Virus genome (UHGV): UHGV-1372291 | Source of the DNA: a virus | Strand: one strand, 5' to 3' | DNA length: 37,769 nucleotides | In this document: piece by piece, positions 19,089 through 27,735 of the stretch | How positions within the stretch are numbered: position 1 is the first letter of the stretch | Layout: each line of letters starts with the position of its first letter | Position numbers and translations under genes: made by a program | Notes under the pieces: model-generated | Seen by the model: the letters and a program-made list of their open reading frames with translations, nothing else | What the model was told of the DNA's origin: nothing | The model's database searches: none

Positions 19089-19196
19089 CTACTTATTTTT
19101 TATCTTATAATCTCTTTTACATTTTCTATATCCCCATACAAAACCACCAGCTATTGCAATGACTGCTCCAAATAATTCAATTATTAATCTACTCAT
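19089..19196 (-). CDS. 35-aa membrane peptide (MSRLIIELFGAVIAIAGGFVWGYRKCKRDYKIKNK)
   Basis: ATG at 19194-19196 preceded by AGGAGG (revcomp of 19201-19206) with a 4-nt spacer. One TM helix plus a basic tail. Missed by the ORF track because of its size. Confidence 0.4.
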   Translation of the reverse strand: MSRLIIELFGAVIAIAGGFVWGYRKCKRDYKIKNK

Positions 19197-19205
19197 ATTT
19201 TCCTC

Positions 19206-19514
19206 CTATAAATCTACTTCTATTTTTTTTAATTGCTTTTCTAAAACTGCTATCATTTTATCTACAAATTCAGGTGTTTTAATACCTTGATAGTTCCCAT
19301 TTTCTTTTATTTTTTTGTGATATTCCAACTCTTGCCCCCAAATTTGTTTTAACATTTTTGCATACATTCTACATATTGCCTTTTTAGTTAGATCATCTAT
19401 GTCTTTTCTTTCTTTATTTTCTTGGTATAAATTATCCCATTCAGTTACAAAATACCCCTCCATTCCTGAGTCTAATTCTAATATAAATACATTTAAGCCT
19501 TTTATCTTTTCCAT
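19206..19514 (-). CDS. hypothetical protein (102 aa)
   Basis: ORF immediately downstream of the capsid terminator/attenuator hairpin. Confidence 0.3.
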   Translation of the reverse strand: MEKIKGLNVFILELDSGMEGYFVTEWDNLYQENKERKDIDDLTKKAICRMYAKMLKQIWGQELEYHKKIKENGNYQGIKTPEFVDKMIAVLEKQLKKIEVDL

Positions 19515-19533
19515 ATTTTCCTCCTTATAAAAA

Positions 19534-19561
19534 ATAGAGGGAAAATGCAGTATCCCTCTAT
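19534..19561 (-). terminator. stem-loop (attenuator/terminator) after the major capsid gene
   Basis: ATAGAGGGA-aaatgcagta-TCCCTCTAT, a 9-bp perfect stem. A T-run follows on the minus strand. Confidence 0.5.
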
Positions 19562-19598
19562 TCAGTTGTAATGGTTAAATTAAATTGTTGCTTCCTGT

Positions 19599-20864
19599 CT
19601 ATTCTGATTTTTTAGCTGCTTTTGTAGTAGTTGTTGCTGGTGCTTCTTGTGTTTCAGTAACTGCTGCTTGTTTGTTAGCTGCTCTTAATCTTTCTAGTTC
19701 TAACTCTTTTTCTACTCTCTCCATTCTCATTTTTTCAATCTCTTTTTCCTGCTCTAGTTGTTCATTATTTGCTAACGACATTGTATTCATAGCCATAGCA
19801 GATACTGGTTCTACTGAGGCTGCAGCTGCTCCTGTTGTTCTCTTATACTTGAAAAAGAATACTCCCTCTGGATTTAATAATTCTGTTGAGTTATACACTT
19901 CAACATCTAATAAGTATGATTTTTTATCAGCTATATAGTTAGCTTCTGGTGTTACTGATACATCTTTGTTATCTTGTCCAAAACTTCTTTCAACCATAAC
20001 TACAAAATATCCTACTCCTTCACTACCTGTTGGATATAAAGTTTTGTCAAATTGGAATAAGCTTTCTACATGTCCACCCATCAACATAGATAATGGTTTT
20101 CCTGTTTTTCTTGTTTCTCCCTCTCCAAAATCTTTACTTGAGAATCTTTCAGCATTTGCAAGCTCTGTATTTCCTTCTACACCAGACACTATAGCTATTC
20201 TCAATCCTTGAGCTTCTGCTGCTTCTTGAGCTTGTAACATCATTTGTCTGAATAGTTTTATATTTTCTGGAGTATCAAACTCTTTTGTTTCATCTCCGTA
20301 AAATTGACTTTCTGGAATAGTTAAATCAAATGTTTTGTTGTTATTGTCATAAACTGTTCTTTTCTTATTTGTTATACAATCTTTGAAAAGTTCAGCTATT
20401 CTTTTAGCACATTTTCCACGAGTTGCAGCTATTTGTGCATCTATTATTACCGATTTTTCATCTAGTTGAGAACGGTCGAAATCTCTTCTCTTAACATATA
20501 CAGGACATTCCATTCCTGTTGGATATACTCTAATACTTTGTAAGAAAGTTCCTGTATCTTGTCCTTTAACCTCTCCTGGTGTATAATTAGGTCCAGACAT
20601 AGCTTGCTTATCATCTATATCTCTAGCCTCTAATCTTCCAGATACATAGAATAAAGAATAAGCCTCTTTTGTTGAAGCTGATTTTTCAAACCAACCCTCA
20701 AGTGGCATTTTGTTTGTTGTATTTAAGGCTCTTTTTACACTATTTACATATTTAGCCTGTTCTCCTGCTGAAAGGTTTACGTTTCCGTATTCATATCCTC
20801 CAGCTCCAGCAAATAGCTGGATATTTAATCCTGTGCTTCCTAATAAAGTTTTTTCATTTCTCAA
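19599..20864 (-). CDS. major capsid protein (with cleavable N-terminal L27-like leader)
   Basis: 421 aa immediately downstream of the scaffold. N-terminus 'MRNEKTLLGSTGLNIQLFAGAGG'. The terminator hairpin directly after it is typical of a highly expressed capsid gene. Confidence 0.55.
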   Translation of the reverse strand: MRNEKTLLGSTGLNIQLFAGAGGYEYGNVNLSAGEQAKYVNSVKRALNTTNKMPLEGWFEKSASTKEAYSLFYVSGRLEARDIDDKQAMSGPNYTPGEVKGQDTGTFLQSIRVYPTGMECPVYVKRRDFDRSQLDEKSVIIDAQIAATRGKCAKRIAELFKDCITNKKRTVYDNNNKTFDLTIPESQFYGDETKEFDTPENIKLFRQMMLQAQEAAEAQGLRIAIVSGVEGNTELANAERFSSKDFGEGETRKTGKPLSMLMGGHVESLFQFDKTLYPTGSEGVGYFVVMVERSFGQDNKDVSVTPEANYIADKKSYLLDVEVYNSTELLNPEGVFFFKYKRTTGAAAASVEPVSAMAMNTMSLANNEQLEQEKEIEKMRMERVEKELELERLRAANKQAAVTETQEAPATTTTKAAKKSE

Positions 20865-20882
20865 GTATTCCTCCTTAAAATC

Positions 20883-21545
20883 TTATTTTATAAAATCCCA
20901 ATAAAATGGGTCATCTTGCTTTTTAGCTTGTGCATATTCTTTTAATTTATTCATTAAACCTTTATCATTTGTATCTAAAGATTGATTATAAGCCTCAATG
21001 AATCCATCATGTGTATAATCTGTTGAAAGCTGTGTTTTTCCAACTCCTACTACACTTCCTGTACTTCCTGCTTTCATTTCCATGTATTCCTTTAGGATTT
21101 GAGCTCCTATTGCATTTTCTGCCATAGCTCTATATACTATCTGTCTATCTGTGTCTTTCTCTGCTCCTATGAAGTTATTTATTGCTTCCATACTTGCATT
21201 AAGTTCTGGAGTGAAAGCTGCTTTTTGTTCTGCTAGATAAGCTTTTCTATCATCTAGTCTTGATTTAATGTACTCTGGAGTGTAACCTTTTTCTTGAGCC
21301 TCTGTGATATATGGTGCTATATCTCCAATCTCTTGATAATCTTCTGCTTTTATTCCTTCCCAAGTTAATGGATCTGCTTTAGGTTCTGTCCCTGCTCCAT
21401 TATCTCCACTTGGTTGTGGTGGTTCTCCCCCAGCTCCTGTATTTACTGTTGGCTCTGGATTTGGTGTAGGTTCTCCTCCTGTATCTCCTCCCTCTGCTCC
21501 TCCAAATAATTGGATATTAAATTTAAATCTTTCTTTATCAGTCAT
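20883..21545 (-). CDS. scaffolding protein (likely start MTDKERFKFNIQLFGG at 21545)
   Basis: Gly/Pro-rich N-terminus followed by a helical acidic body, located between portal and capsid. The ATG at 21543-21545 overlaps the upstream stop (ATGACTGA). The ORF-track start at 21578 is probably too long. Confidence 0.5.
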   Translation of the reverse strand: MTDKERFKFNIQLFGGAEGGDTGGEPTPNPEPTVNTGAGGEPPQPSGDNGAGTEPKADPLTWEGIKAEDYQEIGDIAPYITEAQEKGYTPEYIKSRLDDRKAYLAEQKAAFTPELNASMEAINNFIGAEKDTDRQIVYRAMAENAIGAQILKEYMEMKAGSTGSVVGVGKTQLSTDYTHDGFIEAYNQSLDTNDKGLMNKLKEYAQAKKQDDPFYWDFIK

Positions 21546-21759
21546 TTTCTTCTTTTGCCTCCTTTGTAAATATCTCAATATATAAACTATTTGCTCCTGT
21601 TATCTCCTTTACTTTACCTGTTGTATCAACTCCTTTTTCATTCATGATAGAAACTCTATTGAGTTCGAGCATTAAGTATAGTTCGATTAGTCTTTTTAAA
21701 GCTCCATCATCTCTATATCTTCTCTTTAACTCTTCGTACTCTTTTCTCTCTACTGTCAT
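21538..21759 (-). CDS. hypothetical small head-module protein (73 aa)
   Basis: ORF overlapping the portal stop (ATGA) and the scaffold start. Confidence 0.35.
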   Translation of the reverse strand: MTVERKEYEELKRRYRDDGALKRLIELYLMLELNRVSIMNEKGVDTTGKVKEITGANSLYIEIFTKEAKEEND

Positions 21760-23267
21760 TGCTCTATCATTCCCCCTTGTTGTTGTGCAGCTATCATAGC
21801 ATTCATTTCCTCAACTTGCTTTTCTGTTTCCTCTCCAGATTTCCACTCTTTGTTATTGATTCTAAACCTTTTTTGTTGAGCATTTATGTATTCTGCTTGG
21901 TTCATATTAGCTGCTGCAACTTGAGGTCCCAGAGTGCTTGCTATATTTTGGAAATACAACATATTTCTTTCAAGGTCATCTTGGTCTTGTGCTATTGTTA
22001 GTGCATTGTAGAATCTTATCTTTAATCTTGGATTTTCCTGTAAAGCTTTAATTTTAGATATATCTATAATGCTAATCTTTTGTAGACATTGGAAAACTTT
22101 TATAACTATCTCTCTTAAAAGTTCCCTTTGCATTAGTGCATATGTTGGCTCTATTTGCTTAGCGAACTCTGTTGTTACTAGCTGTGTTGTTGTAGCAGTA
22201 ACATTCTTTAGCTGGTCTAAGTTTTGAGCCGTTTCAAATATGTTGATGTAGAATATATCTCTTAAAAGTTCCTTGTACATATCCAGGTTAAAGAACTCCA
22301 TGTTAGCATTCTCTCCCCTGTTGAAAGGTATTATTTGATTTTGCCCTGGGGATTGTCCCATCATAGATATAGCTCCTGGCTCATCTATTCTTGAGTTCTG
22401 AATATATTTAGCTTGCCCATAACCTAAATAGCTTGGTCTAGCCTGTTTCTTAGCAATACGTCTGATGTTAGCTTTAACTTCTTTTAGCCCCTCAATCTCC
22501 ATTATCGCTTTAACACAAGGTCCTATACCATATGGACTATCTCCAATGCTTTCGTATCTAGCTATTATCCAAGGGTTATAGTCATCAATTCTATAATCTA
22601 AAATATCTGTAAACTCATTTGAAGTAGATACTACATAGTGAAACATTTTAGTTTCTTGGTCGTATATTGTACCTTCCCACAACTCAATCTCGTCATCTTG
22701 CGACATACTTTGAACTTTTTCAGAGTTATAAGCATTTTCTCCAAAAAGATTAAGAATCTGATGTTTTCTCACTTTACCTGCATTGTAGAATGTATCTCCA
22801 GGTTGTTTACCTCTTCTTTTAGTAAGATAAACATTTATATTGGGTACTGGTTGAAATTCCACAGGATTTGCAATTTTACCAGTAAATCTAACTTTGAATA
22901 CTGCTGTTCCTATTAGATAGTCCATAAGAATTACAGCTTTCTCTGTTTCAAAGTTAGAATTTTCTTGAATCTCATCAAATACTATTTCTGTTATTCGTCT
23001 AAAGATAATCTTGTCATCTCTTGATATATCTTCAAACCTTGGTGTTTCTATCCAAGCCCAGATATGATTACTATTAAGTATCATAGCTGATAACTTGTTA
23101 GCTAACTTAGTAGCATATGCTAGTCCTGTACTGTCTACACCATTTAAATTAATTTCTCTTGGTAGAAAATGTGTTCTAGCTTTCAAATACCAAGCTAGTA
23201 TTACATTTCTTTCCTGTTGTGCCTCCTGGAATCTACTACGAAATAGATTTTTAATTCTATCTTCCAT
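21756..23267 (-). CDS. portal protein
   Basis: 503 aa, directly upstream of the scaffold and capsid genes; size and position fit a portal. No catalytic motifs are expected for this protein. Confidence 0.55.
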   Translation of the reverse strand: MEDRIKNLFRSRFQEAQQERNVILAWYLKARTHFLPREINLNGVDSTGLAYATKLANKLSAMILNSNHIWAWIETPRFEDISRDDKIIFRRITEIVFDEIQENSNFETEKAVILMDYLIGTAVFKVRFTGKIANPVEFQPVPNINVYLTKRRGKQPGDTFYNAGKVRKHQILNLFGENAYNSEKVQSMSQDDEIELWEGTIYDQETKMFHYVVSTSNEFTDILDYRIDDYNPWIIARYESIGDSPYGIGPCVKAIMEIEGLKEVKANIRRIAKKQARPSYLGYGQAKYIQNSRIDEPGAISMMGQSPGQNQIIPFNRGENANMEFFNLDMYKELLRDIFYINIFETAQNLDQLKNVTATTTQLVTTEFAKQIEPTYALMQRELLREIVIKVFQCLQKISIIDISKIKALQENPRLKIRFYNALTIAQDQDDLERNMLYFQNIASTLGPQVAAANMNQAEYINAQQKRFRINNKEWKSGEETEKQVEEMNAMIAAQQQGGMIEQ

Positions 23268-23276
23268 AGTATCTCC

Positions 23277-23552
23277 TTATCCTATTGTCTGGGTACTACT
23301 CTTCTTAAGTAGTCCTAGATTACCTTGTCTTAGGCTCTCCTGGAATTGTATTGCGGTGTTTCTTTGCTTGTCTTTTTCTGCTTGCTGCTTTTTAGCCTCT
23401 GCCTCTTGTTGCTTTTTTAGTTCCTCTTCCATTCTCTTTTGCTGCTTTTTAGTACCACTAAAGTCAGTAGCTCCAAGCGTAATGGTATCAACAAGTCCTC
23501 CTAATACATTTCCACCACCACCAAACAATTGGATATTTGGTTTAAATTTTAT
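23277..23552 (-). CDS. small head-module protein with L27/Prp-like N-terminal motif (KFKPNIQLFGGGG), probable non-canonical ATA start
   Basis: The ORF track starts it at TTG 23526-23528. The in-frame upstream sequence encodes IKFKPNIQLFGG, nearly identical to the scaffold leader RFKFNIQLFGG. An ATA codon at 23550-23552 lies 9 nt after AGGAGG. Confidence 0.4.
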   Translation of the reverse strand: MKFKPNIQLFGGGGNVLGGLVDTITLGATDFSGTKKQQKRMEEELKKQQEAEAKKQQAEKDKQRNTAIQFQESLRQGNLGLLKKSSTQTIG

Positions 23553-23553
23553 A

Positions 23554-24033
23554 TTATCTCTCCTCCTTTTCCCATGCTTCTACATCATAGAATTTATCAA
23601 GGATTTTTCTTGCTTTTCTAAAAGTCCCAACTTTTCTAAAGTTATATCTTTTAAAAAACTTCATAGCCAGTTTATATGCTGGACTTTCTGGAACTATATT
23701 TAATTCTATTTTTTTATAAAGTTTATCAAGCATACTACAAAATTTAACGAAATCATCTAAGAACTCTTTTCTCTCTGCGAGGTTATCTCCTAGAAAAATA
23801 AAGTCTAGTGATATTATTTTGTCATGTGGTATGTTATAGATACAGCCCATATAACCTACTATGTGTCCATCATGGATAGATAACATCATTAGTTCATCTA
23901 GCCCTTTTATATTTAGGTCATCTAATGAACCTGTGAAAAACTTATACTTTTCAGTGTTTGCTTGTTGCTCCTCTTCTAGTATTTCTTTTAGCACTAGAAA
24001 AGCTTTATCTTCTCTTGATACTCCCTCAAGCAT
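23554..24033 (-). CDS. hypothetical protein, possibly GNAT-fold acetyltransferase
   Basis: C-terminal 'PAYKLAMKFFKRYNFRKVG' resembles the GNAT motif-B region. Weak. Confidence 0.25.
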   Translation of the reverse strand: MLEGVSREDKAFLVLKEILEEEQQANTEKYKFFTGSLDDLNIKGLDELMMLSIHDGHIVGYMGCIYNIPHDKIISLDFIFLGDNLAERKEFLDDFVKFCSMLDKLYKKIELNIVPESPAYKLAMKFFKRYNFRKVGTFRKARKILDKFYDVEAWEKEER

Positions 24034-24522
24034 TTACACAACCCCCTCAACTTGTAAGAATTTCTTAGTCTTGTCATCTCTTTGCTCTTGCTTGTCCTCT
24101 GTCTTTTCTCCCAGCTCCAATGAAACCTCAATGTTATTAGTTCCACCTTGCTTGTCCCAGCCTGCCAGAGTTTCTATTCTTTGCGACAGTTGAACTGCTG
24201 CTTTAAAATCTACAAATTTACCTGTTTTTTCTAGTAGTCCTTTGTCTGTAAGTCTTATAATCTTTGTATCTTCTAGTCCTGCTGCCTGTTCAAATAGCCC
24301 TTGCATTATTGCTAAGTGTCCCATTTTATCTCTTCCAAGCATAAAGTCCACCATTTCCAAGTGTTCCTCTATTTGCTTGTTGATCTTCTTACTACTCATT
24401 AGCTTGTGCATTAGCTTTAGGTCGAATGGGATTCCAGCAGCTTGCATGGCTTTCATTCCATTTTTACAAACTAGAAATGATGATATGAACTTCTCTTCTT
24501 GCTCTTTGGTTATTCCTGCCAT
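24034..24522 (-). CDS. terS: terminase small subunit-like protein (Terminase_2/P27 family-like)
   Basis: 'ITKEQEEKFISSFLVCKNGMKAMQAAGIP' matches the LTxKQxxF...NGxxAaxxAG HTH pattern of small terminases; 162 aa. Confidence 0.5.
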   Translation of the reverse strand: MAGITKEQEEKFISSFLVCKNGMKAMQAAGIPFDLKLMHKLMSSKKINKQIEEHLEMVDFMLGRDKMGHLAIMQGLFEQAAGLEDTKIIRLTDKGLLEKTGKFVDFKAAVQLSQRIETLAGWDKQGGTNNIEVSLELGEKTEDKQEQRDDKTKKFLQVEGVV

Positions 24523-25598
24523 TCTAACTCTGCCCCCTCTTCTCCTAGTCTTATTTTTATACTAACTTTAGCTATTTTTTTGAGTAGTTTTTCCAATCTT
24601 TCAAAGTTCTTGGAATAAGACTTTTTAATCTCTCCAAGTTTTTCTAACTCTTCCAGCTTTTCAATAACTTTCTTTTTCTGGTATTGAATAGCTCTTTTTT
24701 TAATACTCATATTATTTTCAGTCATTACAACATCAAGTAATCTAATATCAAATATTAAATACTCTTTCATTATTAGTCTTTCTGCTAGCCCCTTAGTTCC
24801 TGGAGCAACTATCTTTTTCAATTCTTTGATATCATAGTTTAACTCTTTGACTATCTGCTCTGTAAGTATTGCTCCTATTGTTTTTCTAAGTGCTGCAGCT
24901 AGATTATCTTTAGTTATTCCACCTAGATGATTTAAATTATAGGTCTTGAGGTGTGGAGGTCTTAGCGTCAACTCTCCTCTTAATGCTTGTCTTTTCTTTG
25001 CTACCTCTTTTCCTGTATCTTCCATCTCTTTTCTTTTGGAATAGATTTTAAAATAGCTAGTTGTTTCTCTGGACTTTTTCCCTCTCTCTTTGAAGTCTAC
25101 TCCATCAAGTTCCAATCTTTTTTTATTGTCTGTATCAAAATACATTCTTGAAGTTGGAAAGATATTTTTATATGCTCTATAGATTAAATTTAGAACTTGA
25201 TAATAATTTCTGATGTTCTCAACTTCTAATTGGTTTGATAAGTCCAGACTAACTACTCTAATATCTTCTCCTTTTACAAGTTCCCCTGTTATGCTTCTAA
25301 GTATTAAGATTAATTCTTGATGTACTTGAGCAATAACTTTTTGATTTGTTACTAGCTTGTAATTGTCATTGTTATCATATCTGGAATAACTGAAAGAGAT
25401 TAATATATTTTTTTTCTCATCAATGCTGATGTAGTTTAACCAGTTATATTTTTTTAATCTGGTGTTTTTAAATATTATTTTTTTATTTTCATTTCGTGCC
25501 TCTTCTTCCAGTAGTATGCTAGTTGATTGAATTATGAAGTCTAGTTCATTCAACTTGGCTGGATAACTTATACTTGCAGTATCTACAATCCAACCCAC
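24510..25598 (-). CDS. hypothetical protein (362 aa), first gene of the long leftward operon; possibly DNA-binding or replication related
   Basis: ORF with a basic C-terminal coiled-coil; no motif recognised. Confidence 0.3.
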   Translation of the reverse strand: MGWIVDTASISYPAKLNELDFIIQSTSILLEEEARNENKKIIFKNTRLKKYNWLNYISIDEKKNILISFSYSRYDNNDNYKLVTNQKVIAQVHQELILILRSITGELVKGEDIRVVSLDLSNQLEVENIRNYYQVLNLIYRAYKNIFPTSRMYFDTDNKKRLELDGVDFKERGKKSRETTSYFKIYSKRKEMEDTGKEVAKKRQALRGELTLRPPHLKTYNLNHLGGITKDNLAAALRKTIGAILTEQIVKELNYDIKELKKIVAPGTKGLAERLIMKEYLIFDIRLLDVVMTENNMSIKKRAIQYQKKKVIEKLEELEKLGEIKKSYSKNFERLEKLLKKIAKVSIKIRLGEEGAELEWQE

Positions 25599-25795
25599 CC
25601 CCTTATTAATTTTCTAAAAGATAGCTTTAATAATTTAAAACTATCTCTAAGAAAATCAGGTATATTTTATTTTTTATAGTTAAACCCTTGCAGGATATAC
25701 AAGGGAGCTTTATTATATATTTAGCTGAGTTTCAATTTTCTAAAACATAGAATTTATGCTAGTTTCAGAAGATTTTTTCTTACTTTTATACCCTC

Positions 25796-25822
25796 AAAAA
25801 CGCAATTTTTTTTGCGTTTTTT
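25796..25822. terminator. bidirectional rho-independent terminator
   Basis: AAAAACGCAA-ttttttt-TGCGTTTTTT. Symmetric stem with A- and T-runs on both sides. Confidence 0.7.
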
Positions 25823-25849
25823 GGGTAAAAAAATATTTATTAGTATGTT

Positions 25850-25987
25850 TTAAAATTCTATATCTCTTATTTTTCTTTCATAGAACATCATTAACATATG
25901 TTCTTTGACTTCGTTTCTCAAGTCCATTTTGTCTAGCTCTTCTTTAAAATACTTCAATGTCTCAACGAGTTCTTTTGTTTCTTCCAT
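25850..25987 (-). CDS. 45-aa small protein (MEETKELVETLKYFKEELDKMDLRNEVKEHMLMMFYERKIRDIEF)
   Basis: ATG 25985-25987 with AAGGAGGTG RBS; located downstream of an XRE gene. Confidence 0.4.
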   Translation of the reverse strand: MEETKELVETLKYFKEELDKMDLRNEVKEHMLMMFYERKIRDIEF

Positions 25988-26015
25988 TCCTGCACCTCCT
26001 TTCGTTAGAAAAATG

Positions 26016-26240
26016 TTATTTAACTAAATCAGCAACTGAAACATCAAGAGCATTTGCTAGTTCAAATAAAGTTGATGTTGTTATCCCGTCGCCTTTTTCT
26101 AATTTTTTTAGTCTATTATGCACATTCTGGGGAGTAGTCCCAGTTTTTCTAGCTAATTCACTAGAATTTATTTTTTTCACTTCCATTTCTTTTAAAATAT
26201 TTTTATAAATTATTAAATTAAAATATTTAATTCCGTTCAT
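26016..26240 (-). CDS. XRE-family HTH transcriptional regulator (Cro-like, 74 aa)
   Basis: 'INSSELARKTGTTPQNVHNRLKK' is a canonical HTH_XRE helix-turn-helix. Confidence 0.65.
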   Translation of the reverse strand: MNGIKYFNLIIYKNILKEMEVKKINSSELARKTGTTPQNVHNRLKKLEKGDGITTSTLFELANALDVSVADLVK

Positions 26241-26395
26241 TATATACCCTATTTTTATTTTTTTATATATATTTTTAAACCATTTTAATTATATTAATAA
26301 CTTAAAAATTTAATAAAGTCAATATTTATTTTTTATATAAAAATAAAAAAGTTATAAAAACATTCTATTTTTCTAGCTTTTCAAAAGATAAAAAA

Positions 26396-26430
26396 TATAT
26401 AAAAAAGAGGAGAAAAAAATTCTCCTCTTG
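26396..26430 (-). terminator. rho-independent terminator after 26467..27198
   Basis: AGAGGAGA-aaaaaat-TCTCCTCT with a T-run on the minus strand. Confidence 0.55.
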
Positions 26431-26466
26431 TTTATTCTTGTGATAATTATTTTATTTCTTTATTTT

Positions 26467-27198
26467 TTAAATAATTTCTAATTTTAAAATCATTGTTTCT
26501 TCTTTAGGGTCTAATATTACACAAATTGTTAATTTATAAGTTTTTAAATAATCATATTTTTCTAATTTGGTTATATCAGTTATGATATACTCTTCTCTTA
26601 AAGTTTCATCTTTCACATACATTCCTGTTTTTTTGATAGTAAAATCTTTGAATTCTTTTTCTAATTCTATATTCAATCCTGCAAATAATGAAGCATAATA
26701 AAATTGTGCCAAACCTTTATTGTTTATATTTTTATGATTAAATTCTGGGGTTTTATATCTTGCAATTTTAAAATAAACAATATTATTTTTATCAATAAAG
26801 TTATTAATCATATTTTCTATTTTTGAGCTTTTATTTCTCAAAAATAAATCAAGAAATTTGTTAAACTTTTCTTTTTCCTCTTCAAATAAATTTTCAAAAA
26901 TGATTTTATCTACCTCTTCTGTTTCATTAAATCTAGATATTATCGAGGTTTCCCCTGTAGTTTCACTAGGTATTTTTATTTCATAATCATAAACGCCTTT
27001 TTTATAATTACTCTTTTTTTCTTTTTCTTTTCTTTCTTGTTCTTCACGTTCTTTTCTTTGTTTATCCCATTTTTCCATTTTTCTTACTTCTATCTGGTCA
27101 TGAATGAAAGCCCAAACAGAAGCTATTGCCAAAATAAAAATAGCTCCAACAATCGTTTCTCCTACTAAATAAATCAACTCATTTAAACTTCTTATCAT
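26467..27198 (-). CDS. membrane-anchored protein (N-terminal TM, charged coiled-coil, C-terminal domain); candidate superinfection-exclusion/abortive-infection factor
   Basis: TM 'LIYLVGETIVGAIFILAIASVWAFI' followed by a KE-rich stretch. Co-oriented directly downstream of the repressor-like HTH gene. Confidence 0.4.
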   Translation of the reverse strand: MIRSLNELIYLVGETIVGAIFILAIASVWAFIHDQIEVRKMEKWDKQRKEREEQERKEKEKKSNYKKGVYDYEIKIPSETTGETSIISRFNETEEVDKIIFENLFEEEKEKFNKFLDLFLRNKSSKIENMINNFIDKNNIVYFKIARYKTPEFNHKNINNKGLAQFYYASLFAGLNIELEKEFKDFTIKKTGMYVKDETLREEYIITDITKLEKYDYLKTYKLTICVILDPKEETMILKLEII

Positions 27199-27221
27199 AT
27201 CCCCGCCTTTATATATAACCG

Positions 27222-27539
27222 TTATTGTTTTAAAAATTTAATAGCATCTAACATATGATTTAATTTTTTATTCTCTTCTTTTAATCTTTTTACCTCTTCT
27301 ATCATTTCTGGGCTCATTCTATCGAAGTTCCAAGCTTCCCATGCTTCATTAGTTTCTTTCTCATTCAATTTTAAAAACTCTATTATTTTTTGCCAAGTTT
27401 CATATTTAGCAGTCTTTTTCCCATTTCTCATATAACTTAAATATACTTGGCTTATTCCTGCATACTCTGCCATATCTTTTAAATTTACATTTTTAGCAAC
27501 TGAATATTTTTTTAAAAAAATCTCTGTATTAGTCATCAT
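27222..27539 (-). CDS. XRE-family HTH repressor-like protein (CI-like position)
   Basis: 'NLKDMAEYAGISQVYLSYMRNGKK' HTH. Divergent from the consensus early promoter. Confidence 0.55.
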   Translation of the reverse strand: MMTNTEIFLKKYSVAKNVNLKDMAEYAGISQVYLSYMRNGKKTAKYETWQKIIEFLKLNEKETNEAWEAWNFDRMSPEMIEEVKRLKEENKKLNHMLDAIKFLKQ

Positions 27540-27641
27540 AACACCTCGTTTTTACACTTTTTTATTTATATTATAGCACAAGCTATTAAATTTAGTAAAT
27601 AACCTAGTTTTTATTTTTAAACTTTTTTATTTAAAAAACTA

Positions 27642-27670
27642 TTGACAAATTAAAAAAAATTCTATATAAT
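27642..27670 (+). promoter_or_regulatory. sigma70 consensus promoter (TTGACA-17-TATAAT) for rightward early operon
   Basis: ttgaca at 27642-27647, exactly 17 nt, then tataat at 27665-27670. RBS aggag at 27723 and ATG at 27736. Confidence 0.7.
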
Positions 27671-27735
27671 TCAATTAAGAAATTAAACTAAAAGGTTTAA
27701 AATAATAAACCTTTAAATTTATAGGAGTTGGTAAT

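Noticed and set aside
21756-23267. Calling 21756-23267 the large terminase because of its size (503 aa, same as 1613-3124)
   Set aside because: It has no P-loop or nuclease motifs. Its position directly upstream of scaffold and capsid fits a portal. The ATPase motifs are in 1613-3124 instead.
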